Position numbers and translations under genes: made by a program | Notes under the pieces: generated by a model | The model's input: the letters and a program-made list of their open reading frames with translations, nothing else | Told to the model about the DNA's origin: nothing | The model's database searches: none | From: Eledone cirrhosa | Taxonomy: Eukaryota | Direction: 5' to 3' | Assembly: GCA_964016885.1 (NCBI GenBank) | Contig: OZ024744.1 | Span: forward strand, 34,162,001 to 34,226,000 | DNA length: 64,000 nucleotides | Shown here: in pieces, positions 62,111-64,000 of the stretch | Numbering within the stretch: the stretch's first letter is position 1 | How the letters are laid out: each line of letters begins with the position of its first letter

Positions 62111-64000
62111 TTACTTACCTTCCGGGCTCTTGTGAAAGTCGGGTTGTTCGACTTCCATAGTTGGTGGGGTTTCTTTTGGGAACCCCTTTAAAAGTCTTGA
62201 AGTTGGTTTTACGTTCGCGGTTCCTACGTCTCGAGGAAAGCTGTCTCGTATTTCTTTGAATATATCGAGCGACATTCGCACCAGAACCAAATCTTCCGGC
62301 ACGCGAAATGTGCTCGATTTAAAAATTTCCACCACTTTTTCTATATTTTCACTTCGTGCTACGAGGGCCATCAGTTTCTTGTTGGCCCTCCTGACGAGCA
62401 CGAAGTTTTGTATGTTTTGTTGGTGTGATTTTATTTGTTTGCGTGGCTGTGGTGGTGATGGTTTTGGTTGTGTTGTTTCGGTTGTGTCTGTGTTTGTTGT
62501 GAGTGCGGTGTCTGTGGTTTCAGATGTTTGTGTGTATATTTGTTCTTGCGTCTGTTTAGGTTGTTTGTGTTTGGGGGATTCTGATGATGGTGATGGTGGT
62601 GTTGATGTTGGTGTTATTGGAGAGATGTTTGCGTGGGTGGTGTCTGCGTTTTTTTATTGTGGGTGATTTTGTGCTTTGTTGAGTTTTTTTTTTCTTTTTG
62701 TGTTTCCATTTTTGTATTTTGGGGGATTTGGGTTTTCCCTCATTTTAACTACTGGTAGATGAGGGGTCTGTGTCTGTAAGTGTTTCTGTATGTATGTTTA
62801 TGGTATTATTGGTGTGTGTATTTTTTTGGGGGGGGGGGGTGCCCCCCCTGGGTGGTCAATGTTGGTGGTGGTCTTTCTATTGGTTTTGCCCGTGCTGGTG
62901 TTGGTTGTGGTCCTCGCCCCGGCGTCGGCAGCTGTGGAGCCTTTCGACCCCTTGCCTCTTTCAGCAGTTGAGGGCAGAAGGCTCGCAAATGGGTTTTTTC
63001 TCCACAAATAAAACACTGCGGCCTTTTGCCTTCGGTCATAATGTGAATGACCGTCCCATTCTGAAGGCGGATGTGGTCCGGGATTATCTTCACATTCTCG
63101 GGCCTGATCTGGAGAAGGATCTCCAGGTCAACCCCGGACCAGTCCTCTATGGCCGTTCTGGTCACTTCTATGTATCCGTCACTTAGGTAACCGTCCCCTC
63201 CACAATCACACATCCCCGAAGCCACCACATGTCAAGTCCTGGTGGGATTCTGGGAATGCGGAGACGGGCCGTTCCTTTTCCCATGTGGGAGGGGTACATT
63301 AAGACCTTGCTGGTTTTGCAAGGAGTCATAGCGTGTTTCATAGCGAGGGCTTCTGACTTGAACAACACCGAAATGGTGCCGTACTGTCTGCCCCTCTCTA
63401 TGTACTGGGTGTCTTCTCTGATGCACCTCAGCGCGACTTCGACATCTGCTTGTGGGATTAAAGCTGCCCTTTTGGTTTGTGCTGAGATGCATCTATAATG
63501 CACCGTTTTGCGCTCCACTGCCTCAATAGCTTCTACCGGGACAGTTAAGTTGGCCCAGGTTTGCTCTAGCTTGATGAGCTTCCATGCCTGGGCCAACTTT
63601 TCATCTTTGTTTGAGAGGTCCATGTTAAAGCATGGCCTCTTTTTTTGCTGCTGCCGCAGCGAAAGTGTTCTTCTTGTTTTCGTTGGGGTGTTGTTGTCGT
63701 TGTCGTTGTTCTTGTTGGTGTTGTTGTTAGCACTGTCGCTGTTATCATTGTTGTCTTTGTTGCCACCGTTGTTCTCGGTGCAGTTGGTATTGTTGCTGTT
63801 GGTGTTGTCGCTATTTGTTTTCATGTTAGTGGTGTTGATATTGTTGTTGTATTTGTTTTTTTGTTTTTTTGTTATCTGTATTTTCGTTGTCGCTGTTACT
63901 GTCATTTTTTTCAAAATTAGTGTTCTTATTGGTATCATTGGTGTCTTTGTTTACATTGTTTGTGGTGGTGTTTGCGTTATCAATGTGTGTTAATTTCGCT
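62111..64000 (-). pseudogene. Tx1 family B ORF1, frameshifted; start not defined
   Basis: Asn-rich region, CCHC knuckle, C-terminal MEVEQPD similar to MEIVQPD of family A. Confidence 0.8.

Larger units (their letters stand above)
58481..64000 (-). mobile_element. Second Tx1/L1-clade family (B); 5' end lies beyond the window; 3' end at (ATT)n
   Basis: ORF2 pieces homologous to units 1 and 4; ORF1 knuckle CFICGEKTHLRAFC; 3' UTR cttgtggccaataaatgaaa. Confidence 0.92.

Overview
Eukaryotic, repeat-saturated DNA with no recognisable host gene. The SINE/LINE/microsatellite mix suggests a coleoid cephalopod such as Octopus (inference). Contents, left to right: a 20-bp minisatellite; a Penelope-like element (RT + GIY-YIG) with direct terminal repeats; several decayed RTE LINEs; a head-to-tail array of four Tx1/L1-clade units in (CTAC)n; R4/Dong-like RLE retrotransposons ending at (CATA)n or (TAA)n; CRE-like fragments; tRNA-derived SINEs; Helitron-type termini; MITEs; a Helitron-like PIF1 helicase fused to a USP/C19 deubiquitinase-like domain; and a second Tx1 family on the minus strand. 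Best leads: (1) the PIF1-USP fusion with its catalytic residues still present; (2) three unrelated non-coding fold-back elements in (TA)n, each carrying a type I hammerhead-ribozyme motif; (3) the (CTAC)n-associated Tx1 array with an invariant 19-nt linker and an AGGTAAGT motif at the ORF1 stop shared with the second Tx1 family; (4) a structured RTE 5' leader with compensatory changes. All alignments and folds were done by eye, and boundaries of decayed elements are approximate.
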